Notes: a model not told the origin generated them from the letters alone. A stretch of 62,975 bases of DNA, filler included, from a bacterium (GCA_037439705.1; 16 parts of 16 records of this genome joined end to end with filler, not necessarily neighbours in it); one strand, 5' to 3'. Shown: positions 41,373-52,178, counted from the whole stretch's first letter. Numbers and translations: made by a program.

Positions 41373-42208
41373 TTTTTAGTCAGAAGCTGAATGAATCCCT
41401 GAATTGTGGAAAGTTTCCTTTCTGAATCGGAATAAAGTTTTGAACTGAAAATCGCAGTGGCTGCGTGCCCAGCCAGCATGGTAAAAAGTTCATAGTCAAT
41501 TTTTTCAAGCTTTCTCTTTTGGGGAAGGAGTTTATAAACAAAAATTGCTCCTATAATAGTATTTTTCACCTCAAGAGGGACAATGATAAACGGCTCTTCA
41601 ATGTTTATCTCTTCCTCAGGATAATAATCCCTTATCCACTTTTCTTTTTTAAGAATAATTTCTCCTATTTTCCCCTCATTGAGTTTTATTGGAGGGATAT
41701 CTTTTATATTAAGTCCTTCTGCCGAAACAGCAATAAGGGCATTCAATTTTTCATCAATGAGCATTATTGAAAAGACTCCGCATCCGATTAGATTTATAAG
41801 GATTTCGGTGATTATCTGAAGAACTTCATTGAAATCCAGAGTTGAATGAAGTTGATAACTGGCAATATAGAGATTTGCAAGATTGTTATTTTCCTCTTCT
41901 ACTTCCACATACTTTTTGGCAAAATCAATGTTTTCTCTTTCAACCTCTTTATATTTCTTAAGGAGTTCTTCTTTTTCCATCTCAAGTTCTTTTACCCTTT
42001 TTCTCAAAAATTCCAGTTCTTCCTCACCCTTCATTTTCCTTAAAGCCTTATTTTCCTCTTCCAGTTGAGCCATTCTGTATCTCAACCTTTCGTTTTCCTT
42101 CAAAAGCTGTTGAGCAAATTCAGCTCCTTTTTTAAATGTGTTCAAAAACTCTTCAGCCCTTTTGTTAAAAAGAAGGGAGCCCTTTTTACCTTCTTTTTCC
42201 TCTTCCAT
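41369..42208 (-). CDS. coiled-coil + GAF domain protein
   Basis: Heptad N-terminal half; NLYIASYQLHSTLDF; LAGHAATAI. Confidence 0.85.
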   Translation of the reverse strand: MEEEKEGKKGSLLFNKRAEEFLNTFKKGAEFAQQLLKENERLRYRMAQLEEENKALRKMKGEEELEFLRKRVKELEMEKEELLKKYKEVERENIDFAKKYVEVEEENNNLANLYIASYQLHSTLDFNEVLQIITEILINLIGCGVFSIMLIDEKLNALIAVSAEGLNIKDIPPIKLNEGKIGEIILKKEKWIRDYYPEEEINIEEPFIIVPLEVKNTIIGAIFVYKLLPQKRKLEKIDYELFTMLAGHAATAIFSSKLYSDSERKLSTIQGFIQLLTKK

Positions 42209-43169
42209 TTTTTATGCTCCTTATTTCCACTTTCTCTCCATTAATCAGCACCATTATATCACAAATCCCATTCATAAACAATGGTTTATTCCATGAAATA
42301 GCAATGACCCTTTTACAATTTTCAAGGTGTACATTTCCACCAGTAATCGTTACATTCCTTTTTTCAATGTATTCCATAATTGAACGCTGGGTGCCTATAT
42401 CACACCAGAAAAAATTTCCTCTGATAACCGCACCTTTTTTCTCTTTTTCTGTTATGCCTTTGTCAAAGGAAATAGGGGTTAATTCCTCATAAACCTTTTT
42501 GAAATTTTTTTCCTTTTCAAATTTCTCAAAAATTTCCTTTTGATAGGTGATGAGAAGACTTTTTAATTTTTCCCTTGAAAGGATGTATATTCCGGAATTC
42601 CACATTCCTCCTTTTGTAATCAGCAATTTCGCCCTTTTTTTCTCAGGTTTTTCCTCAAAGGCTTTAATAGAATAAATTCCATTACCAATTTTTTTATCGG
42701 GAATTATGTATCCATAATGGGTTGAAGGTTCTGAGGGTTTTATACCTATGAGGGTGAGGAGATTCTTTCTTGCTGTTTTTATTGCTTTATTAATCGACTC
42801 AATAAACTCCTTTTCTTTTTCAATAATGTGGTCACAGGGAAAAAATGCCAGAACCTTTTTCTCAACGGGAACTTTTAAAAAAGAGATGATAAAGGCTGGA
42901 AGGGTGTTTTTTCTTTCAGGTTCTTCTATGAAGTTTTCTTCATTAAAATCAGGAAGGGATTGAAGGATTTTATTTTTTAGTCTTTTTGTGCTTACAATGT
43001 ATACATTTTCTTTCCCACATATTTTTACCGCTCTTTCATAAGCACCTTCTATCAGGGATTTTTCATTGTTTTTGAGCAAAAATTTTGGATGTTCCTGAGA
43101 AGAAATCGGATAGAGCCTTTCTCCAATTCCACCAGCAAGAAGAATACAGGCTACATCCTTATTTTTCAT
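42186..43169 (-). CDS. mannose-1-phosphate guanylyltransferase
   Basis: LAGG.GERLYP.S...PK, EP..KNT, PCDH, FEEKP, WNSG, WCDIGT. Confidence 0.9.
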   Translation of the reverse strand: MKNKDVACILLAGGIGERLYPISSQEHPKFLLKNNEKSLIEGAYERAVKICGKENVYIVSTKRLKNKILQSLPDFNEENFIEEPERKNTLPAFIISFLKVPVEKKVLAFFPCDHIIEKEKEFIESINKAIKTARKNLLTLIGIKPSEPSTHYGYIIPDKKIGNGIYSIKAFEEKPEKKRAKLLITKGGMWNSGIYILSREKLKSLLITYQKEIFEKFEKEKNFKKVYEELTPISFDKGITEKEKKGAVIRGNFFWCDIGTQRSIMEYIEKRNVTITGGNVHLENCKRVIAISWNKPLFMNGICDIMVLINGEKVEIRSIKNGRGKRR

Positions 43170-43504
43170 ACTATTTCAAGGCTTTCAAGAATAAGTTCAG
43201 TTCCCTTTTCAATTCTTCCACTTCTTCCACATCTCGGACACAGGAAGAGGATATCGGATGGTCTGAAGGTAATTTTGCAGAAATTGCATACTGCAATGGC
43301 GGGTTCAATTTCCACTTCCAATTCTGCTCCTTCAGCAAAAGTATTTATGGAATAAAACTGGAATGCCTCCTTCATGTATTCCGGAACCGCTCCAGAAAAT
43401 TCTCCTATTTTTAATTTTATCCTTTTAACCCTTTCCTTTCCGTGTTTTTTGACCTCTTCTTCCATTATGGAAAAGAGTTCCCTGATAAGACTCAGCTCAT
43501 GCAT
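43166..43504 (-). CDS. hypA: hydrogenase nickel metallochaperone HypA
   Basis: MHELS, two CxxC, G.EL. Confidence 0.95.
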   Translation of the reverse strand: MHELSLIRELFSIMEEEVKKHGKERVKRIKLKIGEFSGAVPEYMKEAFQFYSINTFAEGAELEVEIEPAIAVCNFCKITFRPSDILFLCPRCGRSGRIEKGTELILESLEIV

Positions 43505-44157
43505 CTTTTTCTTGCATTCTTAAGATGGGTTATGAACTCGTCAATTCCTTCTCCTGTAAGGGAAGAAATCTTGAAAATTTTTATTTCCGGATTCAAAGAA
43601 AGGGCTTCTTTTTCAACCCTTTCAATGTCATATTGAAGGAATTTTAGAAGGTCAATCTTTGTTATGAGCAATACATGGGATGTTCTGAAGGCAAGGGGAT
43701 ATTTTCTCGGTTTGTCATCCCCTTCTGGAATAGAGAGAAGAAGAACCCTTAAATGCTCGCCGATGTCAAATTCTGTTGGACATATAAGATTTCCTATGTT
43801 TTCAATAAATACATAACGGTATCCCTTCCCATACAGTTCGTTCATTACCTGTTCTATGACGAATGCCTCAAGATGGCATTCTCCTTTTGTTTCCAACTGT
43901 ATAGCCTTTACTCCCTTTTTCTCAATTCTTTGCCTGTCCCTGTCTGTTTCTATGTCCGCATTAATTACCGCTATTTTTTCATCCTTCATCCTTTCTGCGA
44001 TTCTTTCAAGAAGGGTAGTTTTTCCCGAACCGGGTGATGAGACAAGGTTAACGAGAAAAATTCCTTCTTCGGCGCATCTTTTTCTTACTTTTTCAGCCAG
44101 TAGCCTGTTAGCCTCAAGGAGATTTCTAGTAACAATTATTTTCTTTGTCTCTTCCAT
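43492..44157 (-). CDS. hypB: hydrogenase nickel-incorporation GTPase HypB
   Basis: SSPGSGKTT, ECHL, ENIGNLICP, EGDDKP.KYP. Confidence 0.95.
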   Translation of the reverse strand: MEETKKIIVTRNLLEANRLLAEKVRKRCAEEGIFLVNLVSSPGSGKTTLLERIAERMKDEKIAVINADIETDRDRQRIEKKGVKAIQLETKGECHLEAFVIEQVMNELYGKGYRYVFIENIGNLICPTEFDIGEHLRVLLLSIPEGDDKPRKYPLAFRTSHVLLITKIDLLKFLQYDIERVEKEALSLNPEIKIFKISSLTGEGIDEFITHLKNARKRCMS

Positions 44158-44164
44158 TTTTTTA

Positions 44165-44259
44165 ATCATATTTACATTTTCTTTCTTTTCAAGAAAAAAT
44201 TAAAAAGCGATTTTGCGGGATTTGAAAAAATTGTCTCTTAAAAAGGGCTGTGTTAAAAT
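44165..44259. promoter_or_regulatory. divergent promoters: TTGAAA-16-TATGAT (minus, hypB) and TTGTCT-17-TAAAAT with TGn extension (plus, radical SAM)
   Basis: Each -10 box lies 7 nt before an ATG. Confidence 0.65.
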
Positions 44260-44266
44260 TGTTTTC

Positions 44267-44842
44267 ATGACCTGCAATGGATGCGGGAATGAAAGGGCTT
44301 CAAAAAGCATCGGGTTCTGCTATGAATGTATAATGGAAGGAAAAATAAAAGATGTTTCATCAAGGGTTAATAAGAGAGTAGAATTTGGTCTTGTTGAGGC
44401 TCCGCCAAGAGACGGAGATTCTCCCTGTTCCTTTTGTGTAAATTCCTGCAGACCTTCTCCAGGAGGTTATGGATGGTGTGGAGAGAGGTTTTATGATGGA
44501 GAAAAATGGAGGGGCGGAGATGAAGAGGCTCATTTAATATGGTATTATGACCCAATTCCCACAAACTGCGTTGCTTCCTGGTTCTGTCCGGCTACCAAAA
44601 AGGAGAAAGGAAAGTATAACCTTGCTGTATTTTATGAAAGTTGTTCGTTTGACTGTCTTTTCTGTCAGAACTGGCACTGGAGAATCGGCAGGAAAAAGCT
44701 GCCAGTTTCTTATAAAGACCTTTCAAACAAAGTATTTGAAGAAATAGCCTGTATATGTTTTTTCGGGGGAGACCCTTCTTCCAATATAAAACATACGCTT
44801 CTCGTGTCAGAAGAAGTTAGAAAGAGAAGAAAGGTAAGAATA
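44267..44842 (+). CDS. radical SAM protein (PflA/AmmeMemoRadiSAM-like), 3' truncated
   Basis: YYDPIPTNC, CSFDCLFCQNW, FFGGDP. Confidence 0.88.
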
Positions 44843-44942
44843 NNNNNNNNNNNNNNNNNNNNNNNNNNNNNNNNNNNNNNNNNNNNTTAATTAATTAANN
44901 NNNNNNNNNNNNNNNNNNNNNNNNNNNNNNNNNNNNNNNNNN

Positions 44943-45301
44943 CTTTCCCTTGACCTGTCTATAACCGCTCCGAGATAATATTCTTTTTTTATCTTTGATG
45001 CCTTCTCAACAAGAACCTTTCTCACCACTTTCCCATGAGGACCTGTTTGATGGGTAACAAGTGTTTTACCTATTAATTCAGAAGCAGCTCTATAAACTCC
45101 CTCAGCATCATCAACCAGTTTTATTCCGCCCGCCTTACCCCTTCCACCTGCATGAATCTGAGCCTTCACAGCAAAAGGTCCTTTTCCCAATTCCTGAGCA
45201 ACTTTTTTTGCTTCATCAGGGGAAAAGGCGGTCTTTCCCTCTGGAACAGGGACTCCATAACTTCTCATCAATTCCTTCGCCTGATACTCATGAATATTCA
45301 T
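44943..45301 (-). CDS. sucC: succinyl-CoA synthetase beta subunit (3' truncated)
   Basis: [23 protein letters not shown]. Confidence 0.96.
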
Positions 45302-46005
45302 TTTTTTCCTCCCTTAATGGCTGCCTTCTTCAACTGGTTTATAGCATAAGTAGTGTCTATGCTTTTGGGACAGGCGGAAAAACAGTTGAAAACTACATGA
45401 CACCTCCATACACCGGTTGATTCATCAGAAACAGCCTCAAGCCTTTCCGCTTTTCCTTCATCCCTTGAATCCGCATAAAATCTGTATGCCTTAACAAATG
45501 CTGATGGACCAAGGTATTCTGAATTAAACCAAAGGGATGGACAGGATGAAGTACATGAACCGCAGAGGATACACATTGTGAACTGTTCAATTTTTTTGAA
45601 ATCCTCAGGAGACTGGAGCCTTTCCTTCTCAGGAGGTGGAGTTTTATTAATTATATATGGAATAACTTTCTCAAGTTTTCTGAAAAACGAATCAAAATCT
45701 ACAACCAGGTCTTTTATAATTCTGAAACCATTCAGAGGTCTTATTGTAATGAGGTCTTTTTTAAGCTCAACAACCTGTGTGTTACAAGCAAGCCTGTTCT
45801 TTCCTGCTATATTCATTGCACAGGAACCACATATTGCACTTCTGCATGACCTCCTGAACGAAAGTGAACCATCCATATTTGCCTTTATCTCGTGAAGGAC
45901 ATCAAGAACGGTCATCTCTTCATTCACATCTACCTCATACTCAACATATCTTGGTTTTGAATCCCTTTCAGGGTCAAATCTCATTATTCTGAATACCTTT
46001 TTCAT
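45298..46005 (-). CDS. sdhB: succinate dehydrogenase Fe-S subunit
   Basis: [26 protein letters not shown]. Confidence 0.96.
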   Translation of the reverse strand: MKKVFRIMRFDPERDSKPRYVEYEVDVNEEMTVLDVLHEIKANMDGSLSFRRSCRSAICGSCAMNIAGKNRLACNTQVVELKKDLITIRPLNGFRIIKDLVVDFDSFFRKLEKVIPYIINKTPPPEKERLQSPEDFKKIEQFTMCILCGSCTSSCPSLWFNSEYLGPSAFVKAYRFYADSRDEGKAERLEAVSDESTGVWRCHVVFNCFSACPKSIDTTYAINQLKKAAIKGGKK

Positions 46006-46015
46006 GTCTTCCTCC

Positions 46016-47719
46016 TCAGTACTTCCTTTCCATTGGCTGAAATTTTGTTATAACAACAGGCTTGTAATAGAGCTTGATTTCACCATCCACCCTTCTCGCC
46101 AGTGTATGCTTGAGCCAGTTTGCATCGTCTCTTTTAGGATAATCCTTTCTGTAATGAGCACCCCTTGATTCTTTTCTTTCAAGTGCTCCAAGAACTATAA
46201 CCTCTGAAAAATCAAGAAGATGGCTAACTTCTAACACATCAACAAAATCCGTATTGAAAACAGTCCCTTTATCCCTGATACGAACTTGCTTAAACCTCTT
46301 CTGAAGTTCCCTTATCTTTTCCAATGCCTCCTTGAGCTCGCTCTCTGTTCTGAAAACTCCGCATTTCTTTGTCATAGTCTCCTGAAGCTCAGCCTTTATT
46401 TTTGCCACATTTTCCTTGCTCTCACCATCAAACAAACTGTCAACGAATTTCTTCTCCTTTTCAATATCCTCTTTTGGTATTGGTTCTCTCTTCAGTTTGG
46501 AAAGGTCCTCTTTTATTGTCCTCGCTGATCTCCTTCCGAAAACCACAGCTTCAAGGAGTGAATTTGTCCCGAGTCTGTTGGCACCGTGAACGGATACGCA
46601 AGCACACTCACCAGCAGCATAAAAACCTTTTATCACCTGCTTATCAACCCCAAAAATAACCCTTCCATATATGTCCGTTGGAATTCCACCCATTGAATAA
46701 TGGGCTGTTGGTTGTATTGGAACTGGTTCCTTTGTAGCATCAACCCCTAAGTAATCCCTTGCTATCTCATAAACCTGGGGGAGCCTTTCAAGAATCCTTT
46801 CAGCTCCAAGATGCCGCAGATCAAGATGAACATAGTCCTTCTTCCCTATTCCTCTTCCCTCATCTATCTCCTGCTGAATTGACCTCGAAACAACATCCCT
46901 CGGAGCGAGTTCCATCATCTTTAGAGCATATCTCTGCATAAATCTCTCGCCAAGGTCATTTAAAAGATATGCTCCTTCTCCTCTACATGCCTCTGAAAGA
47001 AGTATTCCGTGTTTGTAAAGACCTGTTGGATGGAATTGAACGAATTCCATATCCTCTATTTCAAGACCCGCTTTCAAAACTACCGAAAGACCATCACCTG
47101 TATTTGCATGGGCATTTGATGTTATTTTAAATGCTCTCCCATATCCACCTGTGGCAAACAGAACCGCTTTTGTGTTGAAAACTTCAATCCTTCCGGTTTT
47201 TAGGTCATATGCCATTAACCCCCTCATAACTCCGTCCCTGACGAAAATGGAAATCATGTAAAATTCTGAATAGAAACGAACCTTTTTCTTCACACACTGT
47301 TCATAAAGTGTGTGAAGGATAGCATGCCCTGTAATATCTGCTGCAAAAACAGCCCTTGGTTTGGAATGTCCCCCAAATGGACGCTGTGCAAGCTTTCCAT
47401 CTGGAAATCTGCTGAAAGGACATCCCATATGTTCAAGCTCGTATATATTTTCAGGAGCTTCATTGATGAGAATCTCAATTGCATCCTGGTCACCAAGATA
47501 GTCACTTCCTTTAACTGTATCAAACATGTGGGACTCAAGGCTGTCTTCCGGGTCAGCATTTTTTAACACCGCAGCAATTCCTCCCTGTGCAGCGCCCGAG
47601 TGGGACCTTGTTGGATAAACCTTTGTAATAACCGCCACATCAACGGTATCTGCAAGTTCAACTGCTGCCCTCAATCCTGCAAGTCCTGCACCTACTATAA
47701 TTACATCATGCTCTACCAT
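46016..47719 (-). CDS. sdhA: succinate dehydrogenase flavoprotein
   Basis: RSHSGAAQGG, QFHPT, HGANRLG; SD GAGGAGG before ATG 47719. Confidence 0.97.
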   Translation of the reverse strand: MVEHDVIIVGAGLAGLRAAVELADTVDVAVITKVYPTRSHSGAAQGGIAAVLKNADPEDSLESHMFDTVKGSDYLGDQDAIEILINEAPENIYELEHMGCPFSRFPDGKLAQRPFGGHSKPRAVFAADITGHAILHTLYEQCVKKKVRFYSEFYMISIFVRDGVMRGLMAYDLKTGRIEVFNTKAVLFATGGYGRAFKITSNAHANTGDGLSVVLKAGLEIEDMEFVQFHPTGLYKHGILLSEACRGEGAYLLNDLGERFMQRYALKMMELAPRDVVSRSIQQEIDEGRGIGKKDYVHLDLRHLGAERILERLPQVYEIARDYLGVDATKEPVPIQPTAHYSMGGIPTDIYGRVIFGVDKQVIKGFYAAGECACVSVHGANRLGTNSLLEAVVFGRRSARTIKEDLSKLKREPIPKEDIEKEKKFVDSLFDGESKENVAKIKAELQETMTKKCGVFRTESELKEALEKIRELQKRFKQVRIRDKGTVFNTDFVDVLEVSHLLDFSEVIVLGALERKESRGAHYRKDYPKRDDANWLKHTLARRVDGEIKLYYKPVVITKFQPMERKY

Positions 47720-47729
47720 TTTCGCCTCC

Positions 47730-48074
47730 TCATAATGGTTTAACAGCAATAAGCGAATTCATTCCCCAGATAAAAAGTGCTACTCCGAGAATTAAAATGC
47801 CTATGGAAAACAACTTCCGTAAAAAATTTGGCAGACGAAAATCAAAAACCACCATCCTCAAGCCCACCATCGCATGGTATATGACGACTGCAAGAAAAAC
47901 TATATAAAATGCCTTCCATGATGGATTTGAAAGCCTCTGAGCGACATCCTGATAAAGATACTCCCCGGTTTTATTGGCAAAATGAAGAACCCAGAAATGA
48001 ACCCCAAGACCAATAAGTAGAATTATTCCTGAAAACCTCTGAAGATACCATATTAAGGAATTAACCCTTCTCAT
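47730..48074 (-). CDS. sdhD: succinate dehydrogenase membrane anchor
   Basis: QRFSG, H ligands, three TM helices, operon position. Confidence 0.9.
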   Translation of the reverse strand: MRRVNSLIWYLQRFSGIILLIGLGVHFWVLHFANKTGEYLYQDVAQRLSNPSWKAFYIVFLAVVIYHAMVGLRMVVFDFRLPNFLRKLFSIGILILGVALFIWGMNSLIAVKPL

Positions 48075-48086
48075 CTTTTCACCTCC

Positions 48087-48482
48087 TTAATGAATGGCAT
48101 GCCTTATTATTGGATATCCGCCAACGAGAACAAGAATTATCACAAGAGAAAAAATGACCCAGAATAGATTTTTGTGATATTTTGATTCCATCCCGAAATC
48201 GCTCATTATTACCCTTATTCCGTTTAAGCCATGAAAAACAAATACTCCAAAAAGTCCAACCTCAAGAACCTTGAAGAGCAGAATATTCATCTTCGCCATA
48301 AGGGAGTTGAAACTCTCAGGGCCCTTTGCAAGGCTGCTTAAAACAGTGAGATGTAGGAGAAGATAAAGCACAAGGGCAAGCCCTGTTAACCTGTGAAGAA
48401 TCCAGGCAAACAGACCTGTGTTCAATCCGTATCTGAATTTTACGGATTTATAAAGTCTGTCTTTTCTAATCACCTCTTTCAT
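48087..48482 (-). CDS. sdhC: succinate dehydrogenase cytochrome b subunit
   Basis: LHRLTG, HL, FHGLNGIR. Confidence 0.92.
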   Translation of the reverse strand: MKEVIRKDRLYKSVKFRYGLNTGLFAWILHRLTGLALVLYLLLHLTVLSSLAKGPESFNSLMAKMNILLFKVLEVGLFGVFVFHGLNGIRVIMSDFGMESKYHKNLFWVIFSLVIILVLVGGYPIIRHAIH

Positions 48483-48629
48483 CTCATAACCTCCTTACCC
48501 AATTCTGAACCTTTCTACCCCAATTTTATNNNNNNNNNNNNNNNNNNNNNNNNNNNNNNNNNNNNNNNNNNNNTTAATTAATTAANNNNNNNNNNNNNNN
48601 NNNNNNNNNNNNNNNNNNNNNNNNNNNNN

Positions 48630-49599
48630 CAACACCGAAACTCACCACAGGCCTTTTATGAGCGAGCGCCTCAATGGCAACCAGTCCAAATGGTTCAGGT
48701 AATAAAGATGGAACAATAACCACCCTACTTTTCATGTATGCATCACACATTTCCTCCCTTGAAAGAAATCCTTTCCACTCTACAACCTCATCTATACCGA
48801 TTTTTACAGCCTTTCTCATCATTTTATTTTTCCAGTATCCATCACCTGCTATCCACAACTTGAAATCTGCTCTGTTTTTAACAATAGAAACAGAATCCAG
48901 CAAAACATCAAGTCCCTTGTTTTTGTCTATTCTCCCTGCAAATAAGGCAACGGGAAGAGCATCTTTAATTGAACTCGGATGATAATGAAAAGGAAAAAGG
49001 GAAAGCACACAGACATTTTTTATACCTGTTCTTTCAACCTCCTCTTTCATAAAATTAGAAGCGACAAACACCTTCCTCACAAATGTGAGGCTCCTCTTCC
49101 ACATTTTGAACGCCTGAAATCTTCTTATTGCTTGAAGAGACCCTCTGCTTATCCCTGAACAGCCTCTGATATATGGCATAACAATACACTTCACTCCTGC
49201 TTCATACTCACAAGTCCTATAAAAGGGAAATGTTAAGAATCTTGTCCCCCCGGGGCAGAAGTTGTGAGCATGCAGGAAAAGATAAGTTGGATACTCACTT
49301 GCGAGCCTTTCAAGAAGTGTGTAATTTTCAAAAAGGTGAAATATCACCGCATCTGGTTTCCATTTATTCAGGACCTCAATTATAGCTTTCATATCTTTCT
49401 CCTGAAATACCCTTTTAAAAGATGTTATTCCTTCAAATATATAGACCTCATCAAATCCACTGTATCTGGTCTCCCGACCCGAACCGAAGATGGCAATATT
49501 TTTAACCCCCTCTCTTTTAAGAAAAACACTTACTTGATCAAGGTATTGATTCACACCCCCAATTTTTTCTGAATAATGGTTTATATGGACAATAACCAC
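48630..49599 (-). CDS. GT4 glycosyltransferase (3' truncated; start placed at GTG 49599)
   Basis: GG, FAGRI..KG, PEPFGLVAIEA. Confidence 0.88.
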
Positions 49600-49605
49600 A
49601 TTTTC

Positions 49606-49613
49606 ATTATAAT
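49606..49613. promoter_or_regulatory. palindromic ATTATAAT giving TATAAT on both strands (bidirectional -10)
   Basis: 8 nt to the plus-strand ATG and 6 nt to the minus-strand GTG; TGGACA 16 nt upstream on plus. Confidence 0.6.
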
Positions 49614-49621
49614 AAACTTTC

Positions 49622-50773
49622 ATGAGAAATGAAAATTTTTCAATAATCCTGATACCAATGGCTGATTGGAAGGCATTCTGGTTGAGGGAATTCCTTAAAA
49701 TTCTTTCAGGCGATTACCGCATAAAGACCCTTTTTATTCAGCCATCGCGATTTCAGGTGCCATTCCTCTGGTCGCGCGGGCAGAAAAGACCATTTCTTAT
49801 AGAAAAGAAGAATCCCAATTTTTTTATATACCATCCCTTTCATCCTCTCCCGCTTGGAAGATTTAGATGGATTCACTACATCAATTCCATTTCTCTATCT
49901 ATGCAAATAAAGTATTTAATAAAGAAGTTAGAACTCAAAAATCCTTTTCTCTTTACGACATATCCATGGTGGTCAATCTATCTCCTGCGAAAATGCGGTG
50001 AGAGAGGAAACATATTCTATTATGCAGATGAATATGCGGAATACCCTGGAGGAACAGAAAAGTGGAAAAAATTTATTTACAAACTCACCGAAATCCACAT
50101 CTCTTCGTCAGATATAGTCCTTGCAGTAAATGACCATCTTCTTCAAAAAGCAAAAAAACTAAACAAAAACTCCTTCTTGTTCCCGAATGCGGCGCCTGAA
50201 AACCTGCTTTCAATAGAATTAAATGAGGAGGGTGATAGAGAAATTATTTTGGGTTACCTTGGCAGAATAAATGACCGCATAGATTTTGAACTTTTATCTC
50301 TTGTAGCGGAAAATTATCCCGATTTTAGAATAGAATTTCTTGGCGGGATAGAAGCAGGTGCTGGCAAATACACTATAAATGGAGTTAATAAATTAAAAAC
50401 CTTTCCGAATGTTTCGTTTTTGCCACCTGTTCATCAGGAAAAAGTAGGTGAGCATATAAAACGATGGAGCCTCGCCCTTATCCCCCTTCTCATCAACCCT
50501 CTAACAATGGGAATAAGTCCCTTAAAACTTTATGAATACTGCGCTATCGGTCTTCCTGTTGTCAGTGTGAAGATTCCAGGAGTTCAACCTCTTAAAGATG
50601 TAATCTACATAGCAGAAGATAAAAAAGATTTTGTCAAAAAAATAAGAGAGGCAATAGAGGAGGATAAAACAAAAAAGGCAAAAAGAAAAAGAGCGATATC
50701 AGAGAAGTACACTTGGAGACACCGGGTGGAAGAATTTATAACAATAGTGAAGAAATCATATTCTATTTCTTAA
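49622..50773 (+). CDS. GT-B glycosyltransferase (TuaH-like GT4)
   Basis: PNA, GYLG.I..RID, SPLKLYEY.A.GLPVVS, YTW..R. Confidence 0.88.
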   Translation: MRNENFSIILIPMADWKAFWLREFLKILSGDYRIKTLFIQPSRFQVPFLWSRGQKRPFLIEKKNPNFFIYHPFHPLPLGRFRWIHYINSISLSMQIKYLIKKLELKNPFLFTTYPWWSIYLLRKCGERGNIFYYADEYAEYPGGTEKWKKFIYKLTEIHISSSDIVLAVNDHLLQKAKKLNKNSFLFPNAAPENLLSIELNEEGDREIILGYLGRINDRIDFELLSLVAENYPDFRIEFLGGIEAGAGKYTINGVNKLKTFPNVSFLPPVHQEKVGEHIKRWSLALIPLLINPLTMGISPLKLYEYCAIGLPVVSVKIPGVQPLKDVIYIAEDKKDFVKKIREAIEEDKTKKAKRKRAISEKYTWRHRVEEFITIVKKSYSIS

Positions 50774-50777
50774 ATTT

Positions 50778-51749
50778 TTACCTTATTTTATAGGCTATGT
50801 CCTTTTGGGCTACAACATACAAGGATTGTCCTCCTTTGTAAGGATAGTTTTTTATCATTTTCAAGAAGATATGAGGATAAAGAATTGGAAAAAAGATGAG
50901 AAACAGAAGTTTAATAGGATACCGAATTAATTTCCTATGAAGTTTCGCATCAATTCCGAACATTCTTTTTAATATTGAGTCAATCTTCCAAATAATAACC
51001 CTTAGCAGGGATGCCCCTTTTGGCTCTTCTTCTATTTTTAAAATTCTAAATCCTGTCCGCTCAAGCAATGTTTTAATGACCTTTTGAGAAAATCTTATGA
51101 GTTTATGAGGAGTATAATCCCATTCCTCTCTTTTGATAAGGAGATTAAACCTATTCGGATTGGGGATGGAGAGAAAGATGAAGCCTCTGTCCTTCAAAAT
51201 GCTATTCACACAAACTAAAAAATCATAAGGGTTTTCAAGGTGTTCTAAAAGATGAAAAAAAGCAATAGCATTAAAGGTCAATTCTGGGAATTTTCTTACA
51301 AAATCGTTCAATCTCATGGGATATGCATTTATCCCTTTGCCCTTTGCTTTTTTGATCGCATTCTCGTTGATGTCAATCCCATGCACAGAAGAAAAACCAA
51401 GTTCTTTTAACTTTTGAAGAATTATACCCTCTCCGCATCCCACCTCCAATATTTTTTCAGAAATGCTCAACGATGTTATGTCGTTCAAAAATCTGCTAAA
51501 CTCCCACCGCCATCCATATTGCTCCCCTATATACGCATACCAGTCTGGAGGGGCAGAAAGCATAGGCTCAGCAGTTATAGATTCACATTCGGGACATTTA
51601 TATAATGAGTATTCCAAAACTTCTTCTTTATATAAGCACCTATGCATTTCAAAAAAATTATCTTCTTTTTGAAAGATATATTCACATATTACACATCGCT
51701 TCTTTCCTCCCTCAATGAACCTTCTGTCAGGTAATTTTTTGTCATTCAT
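50778..51749 (-). CDS. class I SAM-dependent methyltransferase with N-terminal Zn ribbon
   Basis: LEVGCGEG, GIDIN, FHLLEH..P, SIPN. Confidence 0.9.
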   Translation of the reverse strand: MNDKKLPDRRFIEGGKKRCVICEYIFQKEDNFFEMHRCLYKEEVLEYSLYKCPECESITAEPMLSAPPDWYAYIGEQYGWRWEFSRFLNDITSLSISEKILEVGCGEGIILQKLKELGFSSVHGIDINENAIKKAKGKGINAYPMRLNDFVRKFPELTFNAIAFFHLLEHLENPYDFLVCVNSILKDRGFIFLSIPNPNRFNLLIKREEWDYTPHKLIRFSQKVIKTLLERTGFRILKIEEEPKGASLLRVIIWKIDSILKRMFGIDAKLHRKLIRYPIKLLFLIFFPILYPHIFLKMIKNYPYKGGQSLYVVAQKDIAYKIR

Positions 51750-51924
51750 TTTCCACCGCAACCACTTTCTCAGAAATCCTCACCACGAACTCCGCATCCT
51801 TTTTGAATACCCTTCTTTTTCCAAGTTTATTCTCCACACCTTTTATGAAGTCTATGGAGCGTTTGAGCCTGCTTTTCGGCAGTTTTTTCACAACTATAAA
51901 GATGTAAAATCTCAAACATCTTGT

Positions 51925-52178
51925 TTATGCCCCTTTCAAATAATACTTTAAAAACCGATATACAGGAGGAATAAACGGAAAATAATCCTTGATTACCCTT
52001 TTAATTTTTCCTTTCTTCAATATAGATTTTATTCTTTTTGCATCTTTCCCTATATAACAGATAATGGAATAATAATTTTTAATGAAGAAATAATTTTTGA
52101 ACCTTTTAAAATCCCTCCTTTTCCATTGTGATTTATGGATTTCAAAAGGGTTATTAAACATCTCTTCTACACGAGGGA
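51925..52178 (-). CDS. C-terminal fragment, probably a methyltransferase
   Basis: NPFEIHKSQW..DF motif typical of glycan-locus methyltransferases. Confidence 0.5.
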
